From Nymphaea colorata (lineage: Eukaryota): 64,000 nt of DNA. The stretch spans positions 30,318,001-30,382,000 of the forward strand of contig NC_045138.2 in assembly GCF_008831285.2 (NCBI RefSeq), read 5' to 3'. Shown here piece after piece: positions 38,601 to 52,173 of the stretch; position 1 is the stretch's first letter; each line of letters begins with the position of its first letter. The translations under genes were made by a program, and so were the position numbers. Below the pieces are notes generated by a model, which searched no databases, was not told the DNA's origin, and was given only the letters and a program-made list of their open reading frames with translations.

Positions 38601-40005
38601 GTGTTTGAAAAAGTAACTTTCTATTTCAATTCATTACTGTCTCATTCTGGAAATAAACTGTGTTTATCAAAATATGGCACCTTATGCATTTAATTTGATG
38701 TAAATAATTACGCGTAATTTCTGACACTAGTGGTCTCATCTATATTTTGCATAGGTTGACACAGCAGCATGTTTCTGCAAAGTAGATGCAGGCCTGAAAA
38801 CTGTTGCAGGGGCAAAGAAGTTTGTCCCTGGGACAAAACATTGCATTCAGCCCAATATCAAGCCATCAATACATCCTTCTCGAAGCAAGGCTGCTAGAGC
38901 TGATCGCAGCCGGGGACAGTCTCCACTATTGCCAGGCCTTCCTGATGATCTTGCAATACATTGTCTCATTCGTGTTCCACGAGTAGAACATAGAAAGCTT
39001 CGGCTAGTCTGCAAAAGGTGGCATCGGCTTCTTGTAGGAAACTATTTCTACTCTCTTCGTAAGAGCCTTGGAGTGGCCGAGGAATGGATCTATGTCATTA
39101 AAAGAGACAAAGATGGGAAAATTTCATGGCATGCCTTTGATCCAGTGTACCAGCTATGGCAACCGCTTCCACCTGTCCCCAGTGAATATTCAGAAGCACT
39201 TGGGTTTGGTTGTGCTGTTCTAAGTGGCTGCCACCTCTACCTGTTTGGTGGGAAAGATCCACTGAAGGGATCCATGAGACGGGTAATTTTTTATAATGCA
39301 AGGACAAACAAGTGGCATCGTGCTCCAGACATGCTTAGGAGAAGGCATTTCTCTGGTTCTTGTGTTATAAATAACTGCCTATATGTTGCAGGAGGGGAAA
39401 GTGAAGGTGTCCACAGATCATTAAGATCCGCAGAGATGTATGATCCAAATAAAAATAGATGGTCTTTTATTGCAGATATGAGTACTGCTATGGTTCCATT
39501 TATTGGAGTTGTTTACCAAGGGAGGTGGTTCTTGAAAGGACTTGGCAGTCAACGGCAGGTCATGAGTGAAGTTTATCTTCCAGAAAACAACAGATGGCAC
39601 CCTGTCTATAATGGCATGGTCACTGGCTGGCGAAATCCAAGTGTCTCTTTGAATGGGCAGCTTTATGCACTGGATTGCAGGGATGGGTGCAGATTAAGAG
39701 TATATGATGGGGAAACTGATTCTTGGAGCAAGCAGATTGACAGCAGATTGCACTTGGGAAATTCAAGAGCTTTGGAGGCAGCTGCTCTTGTTCCTCTCAA
39801 TGGGAAACTCTGCATCATCCGGAATAACATGAGCATCAGTGTGGTTGATGTGTCAAAATCCAATGATATAAGCATGGATCAACCCTGGGAGACGATTGCT
39901 GGTAGAGGGCACTTCAGGACATTTGTTGCAAATCTTTGGTCAAGCATTGCCGGGAGGAACCGTTTGAAGAGTCACATTGTTCACTGCCAGGTGCTTCAAG
40001 CATGA
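35695..40005 (+). CDS. F-box/kelch-repeat protein (At1g55270-like), 2 coding exons, ~425 aa
   Basis: Micro-exon 35695-35721 (MDRGPHPPL|gtgagt) joins in frame to 38755-40005 (VDTAACFCKVDAGLKTVAGAKKFVPG...). F-box LLPGLPDDLAIHCLIRVPR, kelch repeats (LYLFGG, LYVAGG, AEMYDPNKNRW), C-terminus KSHIVHCQVLQA. Confidence 0.93.
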
Positions 40006-41629
40006 AAGTGGCATTTCTTCTTGTACATATTGGTGTTCCTTCAATGAGGACGCATTGGACCATCTGCATTTCCCCTCAGGGGAAGTCTTCTGGGGCCAAT
40101 GATATTTTATTGTGCAATACAGATAAACCATCTGAGCCTGTCCTGGCATTAGCTGGCAACTGCACGTTTCACCACAAAAGATACTGTTGGCATCACTTTC
40201 TGTGATGTTTAAGAAAACAATGTGGATCTTGATTCCAATTTTCACGGTGCTGCGATATGTTGCTGACAGTGTGCCATGAAGAGGTTATTCTGGAAACAGT
40301 AGATTGGATTGTGAGATTTTGCTTTGAGAGGCTTTGCATGCATTAGCCACGTTTCACTTATTCTGTCGGATGAAGCTTCTCCTGGAATGAAACATTGAAC
40401 CAGCATAGCTCCACTTGTAGATGGAAGAGAATGCAGAATGGAATATTCATGAATTGTTTTGGCCTGACCGAGTGAATTGTATCCAAAACCCACTTCGTGA
40501 AATTTAAGAGATTGGAAAAGATGCTATCCTCCATATATGTACCATAACAATGTCTTGGAATAGCATCTTTTTCTTTGTTCTTATTTTTCTAGATTCTCTT
40601 GTATGTCATGCCCTTTTTTTTATGACCTTGATGTCATGCTATTATTCGATAGAAATGACTATTTGTAATAACTACATCAGCTTTTCCCTACTGTATCATT
40701 GCTGTATCACAGCAATAAAGTACCATTTCAGAATCTTATTTGGCTGTTGGGACATCCTTCTGGTAGAATATCTCCTTCCTTATATCCAATCCGTCGTATC
40801 ATCATCCCATCTTGATTAAGAGATACAAGTTGATCTTTTCACTAGTTAAAGCTTTCATAACTATATCAGCTTTTCCTTGGTAAGTCCGTTCCAACCGTAT
40901 TTGTTTTCATTTGAAGACTTATTGCAAGAATTTTGCTTTGCTACCTTCTTGGGAAACAGATCAATGTGCGTTAATAGAAATTATAAGCAAGCTTTGGAGT
41001 GAATAGTAAAAGCAATTGGTCCTGGATTGGGAATGCGGAACTGAGCTGGATACTGAACAAGGGAATCTCTTACTTGCTGAAGATTTTTTTGGTAAATTTA
41101 TAACTGCTCAACTTCTAATTTATTTACATGTAACTGTCTGTTGTTTGAAAACAGCCCGAGTTTATAAAATAATTCGTTAAGCACATGTTTCATGAATGAA
41201 AAAATGTTAAGATATGCTTAAAAAGACTATTTTGTCGTTAACAAAAAAGGAATTCTATTTCTAAAAAATTGCAAACCATATTCTTAAATTGATCTCCCCA
41301 TAATTTCACCTCTCTCTCTCTTTATCTGTCTGTCTCCATCTCTCTCCGCCTTTTGTCTCCATAAAAGAATGACGAAATCATGAAGAAACCAGCCCACAAA
41401 GGAGCACATTGTGAAGAACGCAACTTAGCAGCTGTTAGTATCAACAAATGCCAGCTGTTTTTCATAAATACATCAAAAGTTAAGCAGTTGTTGGTACTTC
41501 TTTCTAAGTGCAAGAATGCCCAAACTGCTCCCTCTTTTGAGCAATTATGGTTGATGTCCTTTGAAGTCTTCATGTATAAAAGTCCTTTTGGTCTCAATTC
41601 ACCAGATCAATTTTCAGTGTTTTATTATA

Positions 41630-42815
41630 TACAGTTCTGTGCGGCTGTGCCAGGTGACCCTCTGCCACGAAGGTCTCACGGAGTTTGCAGCTGCACTCAA
41701 GCCATGCTTACGCTGATCACAAGCTCACCCTGTTTAGATGAACGAGCTGCAGGCTCTGCTTATCCAGAAGAGTAAAGCTTCAATGGATCTTAAACAAGCT
41801 GTCAGGCTTATTGATGCTAAGTCAAGCCTTAAAGCGGCTGGTCTTGACAACAAAAACTGTACAGATTGTCACTCATAAGGATATCTGGCGAGCTTGCTCA
41901 ATGCAGACCTGTAGTGCTGCCTTTGTTATGCTAAGAGCAGCCAAAAACTGCTCTGGTGCTCTTGCTCTTCTTCAAAACTCGACGGGTTCATTCACTTCCA
42001 TGATGATATGATCAGTTTGTGCTATTTCATGAAATAGAGTTGGGGTCTTTTCATCCATTGGATTGATCAAATGGTCAAAGTGTTTGGATGCATTGCAAAC
42101 GGATGACATCCAGGTTGGAAGTTTTGCAAATTTGAGCTGCGCCAAGTTCCAATTGCAATCATGGTCTCCATATATTTAGTTGGTCACTTGTAATTTCTTT
42201 GCACATCTAGTCCATTTCAAAATCAAACATGTATCTAGCCTATGTGTGAATGACTTGGAATCAAGTGGGTCTGAGACTCTAATCTCACCTTCAAAATCTG
42301 ATCTTATATCTGATATTACTTGGAAGAATCAGGAACAGGATCTCCTTTGGCGATTTCTTGAGGATTGACCACATTGATTATGTAGTGAACGATACGATGC
42401 AACAACACTAACCTGACTCCTGGTTCGTCATAATTTGAAACCAATAGTCACAGAAAACTGCGTGGAAACCATTTCACCACCATTCAATATCATTTATCAG
42501 GTTTTGACTTTCTTGCAATTCAGCAATAAGGCTCTGTAAACGTGGGTACGTGGGTTGGGCTAAAGCTCCAAGCGGGAGCTGGTCTAGAGTTCAAGACACG
42601 AGGTGAACTTTATATGCTAAAAGGCCAAGACGGTGAGAAAGCTTTTCTAGTGGCCAAGGAAGTCTTGGATAAAATTTTGCATAAAAGTGGCCACAATGGG
42701 ACATGGTGATCATGCAAACCTTGTTGTGACTCGCTTCAAGAATACTCTGGATGGAGCGATCCGATATATGCAGACCGTTGACATCGGCAATGCAAATTAT
42801 AATCTCTCTTCATGA
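41630..42815 (+). pseudogene. Possible cluster of decayed PMEI/invertase-inhibitor-like gene relics
   Basis: Frameshifted fragments LDERAAGSAYPEE, DIWRACSMQTCSAAF, KNCSGALALLQ; KCLDALQTDDIQVGSFANLSCA; ENCVETISP, CKPCCDSL, LDGAIRYMQTVDIGNANYNLSS recall the PMEI motifs ALxDCxE, DIxTxLSAA..TCxDxF and SNALAL. Pattern recognition only. Confidence 0.35.
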
Positions 42816-43686
42816 ACGGAGGGAGTTTGAGTAAAGGTATTTCCAAGCAGTCAGCATCTAACTAAGAACCATATATGTCTGCATTTTTGCAGTCACTGCC
42901 CTTTGCTGTTCTCTGCTAATGTGCCTTGCACGTTACTCTCATTTGTTTCTTCTTCCGCACTTTAATTTCTCTGAATCCTGTACATCACCATGCAATGATC
43001 GCTCCATTTGAATCATCCAATTCAATTGAAGCAATACTTGTATATTACAAAGCAGATGTATTATTTAAATATCTTTTGGCAAAGTCCAAGGGAAAGCAGT
43101 TCTGTACCCAATACCAGTAAAACCACTAGGATGTGTCTCCCGGACCTCAGGAAGCACTCCTTGCTTCAACTTGAGGAGAAGAATGACATATGAGATTCAG
43201 ATGCGTCGACCGCGCAGCTGTGCCATCTGGGTCTAAAACAGGTGCTATCTTAAGAGAGTATGACTGAATCTCTTTTAACCAAATCGACCATGAATTTAGA
43301 CTTTTCAGTTCTTAGCTTTTTATTTTTGCAGCTAGTTTTTTGTATATCCTCTTCTGCACTTCCTTAGTTGCGACTTGCTTCACAGTTCTCTTTTCTGCAA
43401 CACTCGTTTCTCCCTTTTCTGTTTCTTGCATCCTTCTTATGTTTGTCTCGTAACTGATAAACGTCGCCTTCACGTTCACTATTTCTGTCTCCAGTAGGAA
43501 AATCTGACGAGATCTTTTGCGGTGCGGGAGAGGAATGTTTCTGCTGGATGCACCCAAGAGTTGCAACAGCTTCATTCTCATTATTGTGCCTTTTTTCAGC
43601 CAACCAACTTGAAGCCACAGGTGCTTCAATCAGCACAGCAAGTTGCGGCCATTGATTTACCTGCATCTGCTTTTCAATGGTGCTGT

Positions 43687-43888
43687 GAAGTGTCGGTGAA
43701 ATTTCATCTAGCTTGCTTTACTGTTGTCAATAATGGTGCAGGGCCACATGTATATGTAAGTGAGAAACTAGTAGAATGCAATAATACGAAGTGTCGGTGA
43801 AATTTCATCAAGCTTTACTGTTGTCAATAATGGTGCAGGGCCACATGTATATGTAAGTGAGAAAATAGTAGAATGCAATAATACGAAG
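43687..43888. repeat. Recent tandem duplication (~100 bp x2)
   Basis: 43687-43787 and 43788-43884 are nearly identical (one 4-bp indel, few substitutions), with GAAG at the junctions. Confidence 0.95.
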
Positions 43889-43971
43889 CGATGAGATTTT
43901 GTCGGACTGGTCCGAATGTTCCTTCGCCGCTGCTGCCGCCGATAGGGTGGGGTTTTTGGAGGGCATATTGA

Positions 43972-44182
43972 CAGGAGTAGACCTAAAAATTTTTCATGAC
44001 ATGGGTCGAATTGAAAGTTTTTAAATTTTGACATGGGTCGAATTGAAGTTTTTAAATTTTGACATGGGCCGAATTATTATTTTTTAAAATTTTTGTATAA
44101 GATAACTGATTTTTTTTTAAATTTACATGAAAAATATTTTTTTTTTGTGAGGTGGGGTTAGCCCTGCCTTGACTCCGCCCTG
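43972..44182. mobile_element. Degenerate hAT-type MITE, CAGGGGCGGAG family, with an internal ~31-bp triplication
   Basis: Ends CAGGAGTAGAC...CTCCGCCCTG; TSD CATATTGA/CATATGGT (6/8); GACATGGG(T/C)CGAATT repeated three times. Confidence 0.6.
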
Positions 44183-44527
44183 CATATGGTTCAAGCACAA
44201 GATACTATCATTACCGCCTGGACAGTTAGACATCCAACCTCAAACTGACTGCATTCTGTCCATGAGTATCCCACCAGAGGGCGCTTTTTAGTAGACAATT
44301 GAATTATTGATACTAAAGGTCATGTCATGTCGTTCCATGTTTCAATAGAAACTAATATTAATAATATATACAAAATTCTTCAAAGTATACCTCCTATGGA
44401 GCTCAATCTAAAACCTTAAATTTATATGTCGGAACTAGGTGAAGCTAGGTCCAATTATATAGGGCAGTCCTAACAGGTCACTGCCCCAAGGGCAATTAAA
44501 ATTTTGTTAACTCTATGTTTAGTACAC

Positions 44528-44537
44528 CATATATATA

Positions 44538-44590
<53 letters not shown>
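44528..44590. repeat. (TA)n microsatellite
   Basis: Direct observation, one interruption. Confidence 0.95.
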
Positions 44591-44595
<5 letters not shown>

Positions 44596-46035
44596 CTCTG
44601 CCCTTGGCTGGAAAGAGCTATGCATGAACCGGATAATCGAACCTGAATCAGCTTACTGTTACAAAAATCTTAAGAGAGGAATTCCCAATTGGATTTCGTG
44701 GCCTGTTTTAAGAGTGTCAAGTGAACTTTTAATTATTTTTTTATTTATTCTTTTAAATAAATTATTAGATAGTTTTAACTTATTCATTTAAACGTCCGAT
44801 ATCATCAAGTTGGCAGCTCCACTGATTCGATTCAGGAACGGATCATTACAGCAATGGTCAAAGCTAGAAACAGACAACACTATTTGCAAACAGGCATCCA
44901 ATCGGAAGGCTTTGAGGCTTCTTTCCTTAACAGTAGAACATCTTATTGTACGAGAAATAGGAAGGCAAAAGAAATTTTCGGAGGAAGAACAAACAGCTCT
45001 TCCATGATTCTGAGTAAGAGAATTTTTTCATGCCCACAAGTTTTTATGAATCTACATATTTTTATACATGAATGGAGAAGTTTCTCATGTCGCAAATTGC
45101 TCTTTTTCTTTCTTTTTGGTTTCTCTCCCTCTTCTAATTAAACTTTCATATTCCTGTGTTACTTTTCATATGACAACTTATTATGTGTTAAATTCTCTTA
45201 TCATATAGAACATTGTTCTCATCCATAGTATTGTTGGCAATATTCCAATCAGATGTACGTGTCATTCTGATGGTCTTTCATGTTAAGAGGGTCACACAGT
45301 AAGTGACTGATCTCCGTTATCTGCCATCTACGTCACCTGCCAGAAACTAGTCTTAGATTTTGGCTTTTGTTTCTGCACTGATGAAAATGAAGGCAAACAC
45401 ACCGGACACAAGAGGAACCAGCTATCAGTTTCATATATCATCAATATTTGAAAATATCATCTGGTCTTTTGGAGCTAAAAGGCTGCTTTTATTGCATCGC
45501 TTCAGCATCAATAAAGTTGAAAGATGTACAACTGTGTTTCCCACCATTAATCTGCACTACTGAACATCCAGAGAAGCTAGAAAGGAACCATTTTCCATGA
45601 AGAAGATGATCACTTTTGGCTTCACATAAGAGAACAGCATGGTCATGCAATTCTTTGGGAGAACCTAATCATATAATCAATAAATTTGCGGAGGGGAACA
45701 AAGATTATTCTAAGAGAAATAATTGAGCTTTTAAAGTTTCGAAAAATTGCTATGAACTTATTAAAAATGGCACAATAATAATTTTCCTTTCAAGTCCATG
45801 CCTTTGCATGAAAATAAAAAACAAGTAGGTGATAGATGATCGACTTGGGCATCTAGAAAAGATTTTTCCAGCTTCACAACCAAGCACAACAGTACAAGAA
45901 GTACTCCTTAGACATGTCAATTCTTTGTTTCTCTGGACTGCCAAAAATCCAGAAGAGCATGAATCAGGAAAGGGGCGTGTTTTGTCCAGTTTAGACAACT
46001 TTTTGGTTCATTTTTTTGGAGGTTATTTTTTTTTG

Positions 46036-46698
46036 TAAGGGTGGGCAGTGGGTTGGGTACATGATAGGTAGTTACTTATTCCGATTGTGATGGGTCGAGC
46101 TTGGGCTTGTTATTTAACAATTGGGCCGGCCTGATAAAAAAAACTTATTGGTTTGGGCTGGCCCGGGTCGGGTATTGAGGGGTTCGATTCTGCTCGACAT
46201 ATATATATATTTCTCTCTCTCTCTCTCTCTTTTCCTTTGGCATGCCACCCAGGCTCATTTATCAAATGGGCACTCTTAGTTGGGTTTGATGCCTATGGGG
46301 CATCAAGGTGAGTTTGGTGTGGGCATGACATTTATCTGGATCCAAATCCAGCTCCCTCATAATAAAGGATTTCAGGGATTGATGTTGGCTGGCGTGGGCA
46401 GTAGCCCACACCTAGCCCCGCTACAGTCTATCATTGATGACTCCCTTAAAAGTTCTTCATGTGTCACCAATGGCTCCCTTAGAAACTTTTGGCATATTAT
46501 GAAGGGTTTTTAAAATATTAAAATATGAAATATTAAGAGATTCAAATATTGATGGTCATCAAACCCCAATAAGCATAAAGTTTATGGTCAGGCCCGACCC
46601 GATAACTAAGCGGGACAAGTTTAGACCACCGGCAAGGGCTTCCGGAGAGCCTGCATTCAGTTTTGCCAAGCCTTGAGCCAGCCCGCTATCCAGCTTTA
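46036..46698. mobile_element. Longer degenerate member of the TAAGGGTGGGC MITE family
   Basis: Starts TAAGGGTGGGCAG, has GGGCC/GGCCC subterminal motifs at both ends, ends CCCGCTATCCAGCTTTA, T-rich flanks. Confidence 0.45.
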
Positions 46699-47371
46699 TT
46701 TTTTATGCAATTAAAAAGACAGATTCTTTCCCTATAATGCATAAAAAGGGGATCTAACTTCAGGAAGATGTGTTTACTATTTTAATGCAGTAAAGGGACG
46801 GGCGACATCATTTTCAAAGGCCATTTTGCTTCATCTCTACGTTCTTCAAATTTTGAAGCCTTAAGTTTTCCATTAGGTCAAGGTTTGAACTTTATTTTGC
46901 ATTTGAAGCGTTGAAAATCATGAGTAGAAGCTGTAGCTTAATTCCGTTATTTAAAACAAAGTGGTTGGCATAGTAGTGCGGGCCATAGTTGCCATGCGTG
47001 CAGGCATAAGTTTCAATTCTAGTGCATTATGCATGTCACAGGAATATTCACAGGAATATGCCTAGAAAGGAGCTGCATTCATATGCATGGTTTGAATACA
47101 GTGGATTCATATTTTGTATTTTTTGTTTAGTATATACAGTGGATTCATATTTTGTATTTTTTGTTTAGTATTACATTTCATGAATCTAAATAATGAATTA
47201 GATTTATATATATGTATATGCCCACATGACCATATGTTCTGCATTTTCTATTGTATGCACCTGCAAGTACGTGAGATAGCTAATGAGTATCGCATGTTTT
47301 GCAAGCTAAAACAGTGTATATTTTCTTGGAGGATGAAGACACATATAGTTTTGTTAATGTTGTTCTCATAA

Positions 47372-47508
47372 GGGGCCGTTTGTCATGTGAGTTTTTTCTC
47401 CAAACTTTATGGCGAATTCACAGTAACACTTAAACGAAGTGTTCTCTGAATTTACCCCAAACAATGCATAAAATACTCACATGGTGTCCCTAACATCGAA
47501 CAGCCTCC
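47372..47508. mobile_element. Tourist-like fold-back element
   Basis: TAA then GGGGCCGTTTG ... CGAACAGCCTCC. Internal arms CATGTGAGT/ACTCACATG and GAATTCACAGTAACACTT/AAGTGTTCTCTGAATTT. Confidence 0.6.
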
Positions 47509-48829
47509 GAGGGTTAGACTTGAATTTACTTTACCATCTTTTCAAGATAAAAAAAAAGAAAAAAAAACATTAATTATCACGACTAGACCTAGTTTACCAG
47601 CAAAATCTTGAGAAAAAAATGTGAAAATTCCAAGACATCCTGTCTAAGCATTGTTTTCTTTACACGGCAAAACAAAGTTTCTCAGTCTCTATTAGATAAA
47701 AAAAATATTAAAAAATGAAAAAAAATATTAAAAAATGAAAAAAAAAAATCTCACCTATGAAAAGCTACAAAAAGTTGGAGGGACCATCCATGCTTTATAA
47801 AAGGCGTTAAATGGCTTTGTCTATTTGATGTGACACATGAGTCTATTAAGATTTAAGAGCAACCAAAAAGATTTGGAATGATGTTATAAACTATAAGTAA
47901 GAATCCACAATTTTTAAAAGAAAGGGAACCAACTGAGAAAAATCTAACTCATCGGAAAGGGGAAAAAAAAAACAGTAGTCAAATGGAAAAAGTACTAAAA
48001 GAATAAACTAAATGGCGGGCATCATCTTTTACCTGATTTAGTGGCATACAAGAACCTTATTCACATGGTTAATAGGTTCATTAAGGCATCAAGAATAAAG
48101 AAGAACAAAAAAATTCCATACTCGATAAGATATTATGTGGTTGATCTTGACTTGGCAGGGAACAGTAAGATTGTCATTGATTGATTTAGAGTAAATATGC
48201 TGTGGGCACGGAGGAAGAGTAAGGGCTCTCAGTTGGCGGTAGAATTAAATACACCTCTTACTCATCTTGGATTGGAATCTAGTGGCTATGAGATGTCTCT
48301 TTCCCTTTTCAATTATTCAGAACTGGGTTCAGTTCCATTTTTAATCTGAAAATTTGCTTCCCAGTACTATTTTGTTGACATTTTTCTTTGCCAATGCATT
48401 TGCTACAACCGTGTGGATTTCTACATGTAGTCTAATGTTTACTTTTCTATTCTTTAAAAGTCAAAATTGATCTACAACAAATCGGGAGAAATAAAATACA
48501 GAGGTATGCCCAAATCGCTTAACTTCTTGTTAAAAGTATTTTAAACAAAATCTGAACATACCAAAACATTTTTTATTACTAGTTGCTACAAAGCATATTT
48601 GATTGAAGTTATGGTTAGAAAAAAAAAAGTCGTAAAAAAACATTTAAATTAAAAAAAAATTATTTACTCGATATTTATTGTCGAACCACTCTTGATCGTG
48701 TCTATGAAACTAAATCGCACAAAGGCATTTTGATCGTTTATTTTTTTTAGAGTCGTTTTTTTGTTCTAACCCCTACATTTATATATTAATTGCACGTTTA
48801 CTGCGTTCGGTCTGGATGTCTCCAAAGGG

Positions 48830-48857
48830 CAGGGAGAGAGAGAGAGAGAGGGAGAGC
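48830..48857 (+). promoter_or_regulatory. GA-repeat (GAGA-box-like) ~200 bp upstream of the kinase start codon
   Basis: (GA)n tract in the promoter/leader. GA repeats are known BPC/BBR binding sites in plants; function here is untested. Confidence 0.4.
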
Positions 48858-49038
48858 GGTAATCACTGGTTAGGACAGCATCATTCGTCGTAGTCATCTT
48901 TCATTATCAACGAAAAAGGCCCTACACAACTCGGATTGGCTTGTTGATCTCATTGGAGAGAGGGAGAGAGATCCTGGACTTTAGGATCCCACTCTCTCTC
49001 CTTTTGTAATACTCGAATCCACGAACAAGAAGGGAAGA

Positions 49039-52000
49039 ATGGTTGGGAAAAGAGTCTGCTCCTCTAACTGCATCCACTCTTCCCCGATGGATGTCGCGGG
49101 GAGTAATGGCGGCATCGAGGAGCTTCCTTCCTCGTCCATCACCGTCGAGATTGCGCAGCCACTCCCTCAGATGAAGCCCCACATCATGTTCGTTCGTATA
49201 CCAACTGAATTAACGACGGTTTATGTTCCCTTTTCTTTTTTCTTTCTCTCCTGATAGAGCGTGATTTTCATTCTCCTTCTTCTGGGGGATCATTGACGGA
49301 GTTTTCCGTGTCTTCCAGAAAGTTGTGCAAGGATCTGTTCAAGAAATGGGCTTCGTTCGATGATTCTTGTTTCGACATGGAAACGGTTTCTGGCGGCATC
49401 ACTAATCTACGTGAGTGCTTGCCTCTTTGTACCCTTTTTTGTTTCTACCTTCTAGCTTTGTTGGTATCTCCTCTTTTGTCAAGTGTCTGCTTAGTTTGAA
49501 TTTTGCAGTATGTCACGAAGAAAAGTCACGCTCGCCGTCTCTTTTGTGATTTTCTCTTTTCCATATCCTTGATTTTAGTAGAACTCCCGTTCGTTCACGA
49601 CTACTGCATACGCAGACTTCTGGAACTCAACAAACTTGTACATCTTGTTAGAAGTATTTGGCAATGGCCCTTTTGGTCCATTGTATCTGATTAACTCTTC
49701 CCATGGGACTTGAGGAATGATGGAAGGGAATAAAAGAAAAAGAGAAGGAAAGAAAAGAAACCAGATTCCAAATGGACAAATTCAAACTCGAAAAGGTCCT
49801 TTCTGATCCTCGAAGAATGAGGGACAAGGGGATTGATCGAGAAAGATCTCTTCTTCTTATTATAAGTGTTGAATAAAGAAACTCATAGATAGACAGGATT
49901 ACTTGAGAGTGATCTTCTTGTTCCTGTTAAAGAAATCCCAGGATTTTTGTTTGTCAACCTGTTCACTGTTAATTCCAGGGATTCCGCGATCGGTAACAGA
50001 CAATCTCAGCAAAATGTATTGTCTGGAGCAGGTTCTCTATGTGAACCACTGTGCCATAAGGACCGAGCAGTGACCCGTAAATTGGATTCATACTGATTAG
50101 CACGTATTGCCTCCTTGCCGGAAGTTTTCTATATAAAATATCTGACTTAATGATAGACTCACATACATATATGCATATGATGCAGATGGTAAAGATATGC
50201 ACAGTTACATGTCTTTCGCACTCTTAATGTCTGCAACTATCCTTTGTGTTTTGATGGGTTGTTTTCAAGAATGGTAAAGTTGATGGATATAAGCGTGCCT
50301 ATGCAACACCATGGACTAGCTGGGTATATTTTTAATGGTTATTATGGATCTGCTACTGGTGCCTAATGGTCATTTCGAGAATAGGTGTCGCTTTGCAGCT
50401 TTAACCATCAGTGTGTACACTGTGTTCGTAACTGAGGATTCAGGACTCGAGCCCTCAAGGTACCATTTTTGGTTTCTGCAATTCCCTAACGTGTCAGGGC
50501 CATGTGTATGGTACTGCATGTGGCAAGAGTGCTTATTAGCTGTACAATGTTTTACTGCATGTTTTTCAGCTGACCCTCCAGAAACATGTAAACGATTAGA
50601 AAATTTTGCCAAATAAGCGGGTGCTCAATGAATTCAAAATGCTGTGGATGTTGCTGCTCTAAAATGAAGATATAAGCATGTCTTTTCAGTATCAGAAATG
50701 GGCATGTATATACAGGGCCAATTTCCAAATTAATCCAAAGCACCTGCAACAGTCTTCTTCTGGGTGATTTTATAACCATCCAAAACAGCGCATCAGCACA
50801 TGCGTACAATTATACATGCCACTTCATACCTTTCCTCCTCGAGAACCTTGTGTGTGGTCTTTTTTGGGAAATGCACGGAACAGCTTTAATGGTCAAAGCT
50901 TCATCCTTTAACTTCAATATAATATGATCAGGCTAGTGGCTTTAGTGTTTCTTTGATCTGTTAAAACTTACAAGTTTCACATTGCCATGCTTTATTAGTT
51001 TTATTTATATGCATTGCCTATCTCTCTTTTCTTTTCCATCAAGCAACATGCTCATTTTCGTTTGCACAAAATATATAATATACCCCACTGATTTTGTTAG
51101 TTAAATACTGACACTTGTGTAATATTTTTATACAGGCATTACATATTTCAGTATCTGTTCATTATATTAGTGTTACATGTTCAAAATGAAAATATGCATG
51201 CATTATTTGTGTTTTTTTATGATGTTTGCTCTTCCTGCCTCATATTTGCTTGCTGACCCTGTCAAGCAATCTCACTATTTCTTTCTATAGACCAATTGAT
51301 ACTTATGAGAGTGCAGTTATAAACTGTATGTATCTAGGGGCAGATGGGTTTTTGTGAATGCATGGTCTGCATGTGAACTCCTTCTAGACTAACCATGTCT
51401 GTCTCAAAGTTCTTAGCATGGTCTGTTTGGCTTTGGTGCTTTCACAGTGCTGAAGGTTTCTGTCACTGAAAACAATGGAAAAGCTGCAGTTTTTACAGTT
51501 CGTATATATGGTCCAAATACTGACTATGTGATTGATCGAAGTCGAGAGTTACAGGTTCGTGCTCTTTAGTTGCTCTTTTTGCTGACCAAGTTATGAACAT
51601 TTTCATCTGTTCAAAGTATACCCTCTATTCCTTAGATTTCATTGGAAGTTCCTTACTCTGGTTGTTTCAGGCAATACATCATCTCTCTGCTGCAGGATTT
51701 GGCGCAAAGTTGCTTGGAATATTTGGAAATGGCATGGTGCAGAGCTATATCAATGCTCAGACACTTTCTCCACCTGGTAAGTCTAGTAAGTACTAAGTAG
51801 TAACAACTGGTAATGTGAAGCATGTGTACTACATTGAAGTGAAAAACATTAGATGGTATTGTTTTCTTCGTTCATATTAATACTTGATTGGAGAAAAATT
51901 TATCACCAAAAAATGCTCTGAAAGATCTCTGAGAGTTTCACCTTATTCTTTGCTACCTTAGATTTTTGTGCTAGCTATCAGATTGAGCTCCTTTGGTGAA

Positions 52001-52141
52001 GATTGTCATTTGATTTGACTGAAAAAAATCACATGATAACTGATCATGTCCGAACTTCAGTTATATTAAAGTCCCTGATCTAAATTTCTGGATACTGAAG
52101 TCTGGGAAATGATGCTCCTATACCCTCTCTCTCCCTGTGTG

Positions 52142-52173
<32 letters not shown>

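Noticed and set aside
42030..42160. Minus-strand LKFAKLPTWMSS resembling an NLR LRR
   Set aside because: Single short motif; the plus-strand PMEI-like reading fits the neighbouring fragments better. Neither is verified.
43500..43690. SAGCTQELQQLHSHYC...AIDLPA resembling an nsLTP or 2S albumin
   Set aside because: The 8-cysteine pattern is mostly missing; too weak to call.
44504..44791. ORF with YIYIYI repeats and similar short ORFs across introns and intergenic DNA
   Set aside because: Translation of microsatellites or AT-rich non-coding DNA, mostly with non-ATG starts and no recognisable motifs.
49563..49570. ATATCCTT U12-type donor motif
   Set aside because: Lies mid-intron, not at an exon boundary; all modelled introns are ordinary GT-AG.
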